Below, in pieces: positions 60,844 through 64,000 of a stretch of DNA of 64,000 bases. Positions within the stretch are counted from its first letter, which is position 1, and each line of letters starts with the position of its first letter. A program made the translations under genes and the position numbers. The DNA comes from Trichodelitschia bisporula (Eukaryota), in contig ML996696.1 in the NCBI GenBank assembly GCA_010356995.1, positions 250,364-314,363 of the forward strand, read 5' to 3'. The notes under the pieces are model-generated. The model was given only the letters and a program-made list of their open reading frames with translations. It made no database searches and was not told the origin of the DNA.

Positions 60844-62559
60844 TCACCCTTCAGGCCCATATCCTTCATTCATGAGCCGTTGCCTAAGCATTTCTTCGTC
60901 AGACACCCGACCCCGGCCTCTATTCATCCCAGACGGGGGCATAGAAGCAGCGGAAAAGATGTCAGTAGGTCCAGTGATGAGAGGCTGGTGGTGACCGTGA
61001 GGTACCATTTGCGAAGGACGTCCAGATCCTCCTGGGATATGACTGGGAAGCTGCTTCTTCAGTACGGCCGATCCATACTGGCTGATGCTGGACTGTGACG
61101 GTTGCATAAAGTCGGCGTACGAGGGCTCCATGCCGTCCATGATCCGAGGGTCAACGGGGATTTGGTAGTTTGTGACAGGTCCCATGCTCGTCACCGGCGC
61201 AATATGCTGAGGTTGAGGTTGGGAGTGCGGTTGATGCATGTTGGGGGGCTCGGAACCGATGCTGTAATTTTCAGGCGAAATTGGCAGCTGATCAGACTGA
61301 GGTGGCGGGACGCTAAAGGCTCGCTCGGGCTTGTCGGCGGTTGGTTGCGAAAGAGAGGCGTCGGAACGCCTGCCTGAGCCTTCTGGTCGTTGTGCTGGAG
61401 CTTTGGATACATCTTTGCAGTCAGGACAGTTACGAATGACTAGTCCCACCGTTTCCTTGATCCGAACCCAGTGGTACTTTTCAGCAATCGCAGCAGTCGT
61501 CTTGTTGATGCCGCCGTGGTTGTGGAGATGTATTTTCCGCGCCACCTCATACTGTTTCTGCGGATCGGCAACGACCTCTTTGCCTTTCAGCATTAACTTT
61601 TCCGGCTCAGTATCCGTGGCTGGGAGCAGCTTGTAATGAGTGGCAGCGCTCCGAAGACGGCTTTTCTCGGCGCGGTCTGCCCCGTTCGGATACTTCCCGT
61701 GCTTGAGATAGAACTTAATCTTCTCGAAGCGTTCCTCCGACACGTAGTCTTCGCCTTCGGGGCCGAGATCACGGCCAAATATGATTGCGTCAACCAGCTG
61801 GTCAGGCGAAGATCGAAGATTCCCGCATCCTTTGACGCGACCGATCCGCTTGAATCCTAGAGCGTCCCAGATTCGACAAGAGGCAACATTGGTTTCGTAA
61901 ACGAGATTGAAGACCGAGTATATGTAGCCCTAGGGTACATAAGCAGGTATCCACAGCCTCACAAACAGCCTTCTTACCAGTTTTGGTGCCCACTCCAGAT
62001 ACCCCTCTCCCATCAGTCGTCCCACGCCACGATTACGAGCACCGTCCGTCACCAGGAAGCCTCCATTGCAGACATGGCTGGAGCGCCCTGGATAGTTCGG
62101 TTTGATATAGAAGCTTCCCAGGCATCCTTTGTCCCAGTCGTGACCGCGAGCCTCCAGTTCCTGCACCTCTTCCGCACTCTCGATGCTACCCAGGAGCATG
62201 ACCGCGGCGAAGTTGGCAAACCAGTATGAACCAAATGCCTCGAGAGCGAAAGGCTCAATCATGGGATATGTGTCGCCTTTTTCGATTTCGCGGTTGAGTT
62301 GGTCGCAGAGGTACGCTAGCAGCGAGAAGGGCACTTGCCTCGGGGAGGAGAATGGAATCAAGGTTGCCACTGTAACGCGGTCGCGCAGCGTAACCTGGCG
62401 CGGGGTGACATCTGGAGGCAGTGGGGAGAAAGGCGTTGGGTACGGCGCTTCGCCCGACGTCCGGTATATGGGAGGCGCTGTAGGGTCATCGAGCACTGCC
62501 TGGTGATAGTGAGCCTACAAGCCCTCGCGATAGCAACGGCGGTCACATACCGGCATCAT
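60844..62559 (-). CDS. SPT10: GNAT acetyltransferase with an H2C2 zinc-binding domain (Spt10-like histone gene activator)
   Basis: LNREIEKGDTYP, GSFYIKPNYPGRSSHVCNGGF, GYIYSVFNLVYETN and HLHNHGGINKTT..YHWVRIKETV..CPDC. Two introns. Confidence 0.85.
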
Positions 62560-63062
62560 GTACGAGGCGGAAGACCCGACAATCGGACTGCGATCCAGCG
62601 ATATGGTCAGCGCAAATGTAGATGAAGAGGGGCGTCATCATTGGCTGGTGGGTGGCGCGTTTTCATGTCTACCCCTCAATGAGGAGCCAAGCAGCTCGGT
62701 GAGACGGGTGGGCGTGCCATCCCGAGCTCACAGAGATACTGAATATGTTTGCGCATCATGAGGGGGATAAAGTGTAGGAGGAATTGTGGCAAGAGGTCAA
62801 GACTTACCCTTACAAAGTGGTGCTCCAAAATACTCTCACTGTGCTCACTGTTTCGTCAAACTGCCTGAGGAGCACGATGGAATATCACGTGTTCGGCATT
62901 CCTATCGGATGTCGGGATGGAGTTCTCGGGAACAAGAACCAGCACGTAATTTACGGGAAAAGGGACCAAGGGCTACCCGAAAAAGTGGTAGGGCAATTGA
63001 TGGCGGTTGGCAGTAGAGCACCAGCTTCGATTGCTATAAAACTAATTGCTGTCCTGCTAAAC

Positions 63063-64000
63063 CTACCGCCGACCTGAGAGGTCGAACACCTTATTGTTCC
63101 TCATGTTGGAGGCGAGGCCTTCTGCGTCCCGCATCCTCGCCTGCTCTTTTGCCACTATCCCAATGCGATCGGTGAACGGTGTAGCCTTCATGATGTTGTC
63201 GAACTCGTCATCCAAGCCATCCTCAGACGGTGCTCTCTCTTCCTCGACTGGCTCTTTTGCACCCCCTGGACGCGCTATCCTTTCTGGCCCCTTTTTCTCC
63301 TCTGAGCTCGAACTGGCAAAAGGTTTTGACTGCAAGACCCTTCTTCGCAGTTCTGCCATTTCCTCTTCATCGTCGGACTCAGGTGGGAGGGCGTACGGGT
63401 CTCGGTCGTCATCGTCATCCTCGTCTGCATCGGAATCGTTCTCGTCGCCCTCCTCTCCAGGCTCTCTGTCACCTGGGATGGCTCCATCTTCCAGGACCGC
63501 CTCATCTGCGGTGGGTGTCGTTCCCACTCCTCTGCTTTTTCCATATTCCCTCTCAAGCTTGTCCAGCCACACCTCTTCTGCCTTTTTGATCTCTTCCTCG
63601 GTTGTGCACGCCGCATACCGTCGGAGCGGAGCCTCATTGATTTTGAGAAATTCTTCGCCGTACGAAAAGGGAGCCAGAACCAGTTCAGCCCAGTCGAGGT
63701 GCCCACAGATGGCAAAGCAGGCAGCAAGCGCTTCGACGCAGTTCAACCGCCAGGGCCGGCCGTAGTTGGTGGGATTCGCGGCAACGAGGTAAGGTACTGA
63801 GAAGCGTCAACTTTGCATCTCGAGGAACGGGGAGGAGGGTGGAATACATAATCGCTCGCATTTGCCACCGATGCGCGAGAAAGGGACCTCATCGACGCGA
63901 TTCCAAGAACACTCGACAACCGCTGCTCCAAACTGCTCCAGCAACTCTCTATCCGCACCTGACACGATCTTTTTAGCTTTTGGTCTGATGGAGGTTAGCG
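63063..64000 (-). CDS. TSR3: 18S rRNA aminocarboxypropyltransferase, 5'-truncated by the window edge
   Basis: AAVVECSWNR and PYLVAANPTNYGRPWRLNCVEALAA motifs followed by an acidic C-terminal tail. Confidence 0.92.

Noticed and set aside
61410..61540. Integrase-type H2C2 zinc-binding motif suggesting an LTR retrotransposon remnant
   Set aside because: It is in frame with a GNAT domain in a spliced host gene (Spt10 architecture). There are no RT, RNase H, DDE core or LTRs nearby.
1..64000. Secondary-metabolite cluster, transposon/RIP island, rDNA, tRNA or CRISPR array
   Set aside because: No PKS/NRPS or transposase motifs, no AT-rich RIP-like block, no recognisable rRNA or tRNA sequence, and no spaced direct-repeat array were seen.

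Overview
A gene-dense, intron-containing nuclear window from a filamentous ascomycete (Pezizomycotina; Dothideomycetes is my inference). It carries about 32 protein-coding genes, most of them conserved housekeeping genes: CTP1, LACTB2-like, EFM5, HNT1, BSD2, CBP6, HPC2, RBA50, TBCC, NDUFA11-like, UBP2, prenylcysteine oxidase, GMH1/UNC-50, RNA14, SRO7, ASF1, LETM1-like, WSS1-like, OSBP, palB/RIM13, ANT1, BYS1-like, Argonaute, an HNH-domain protein, a HAD dehalogenase, PP28, SPT10 and TSR3. There is one 94-N assembly gap. I see no transposon, rRNA, tRNA or CRISPR array. Gene models were built by hand from GT-AG and branch-point signals, and products were called from recognisable motifs; no database search was run. 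The best leads are: (1) a ~1.8 kb non-coding, densely base-paired + strand region (about 35.96-37.85 kb) that looks like an unannotated large structured RNA, telomerase-RNA sized but with no canonical TTAGGG template; (2) a 95-aa three-exon Cys/His zinc-ribbon gene divergent from it, only partly visible in the ORF track; (3) a catalytically intact Argonaute tail-to-tail with an HNH-nuclease-fold gene; (4) three histone-gene regulators (HPC2, ASF1, SPT10) in one window; (5) splicing and targeting oddities, namely a 4-nt microexon, an ATG-only exon, a GC-AG intron and a signal peptide plus SKL protein.
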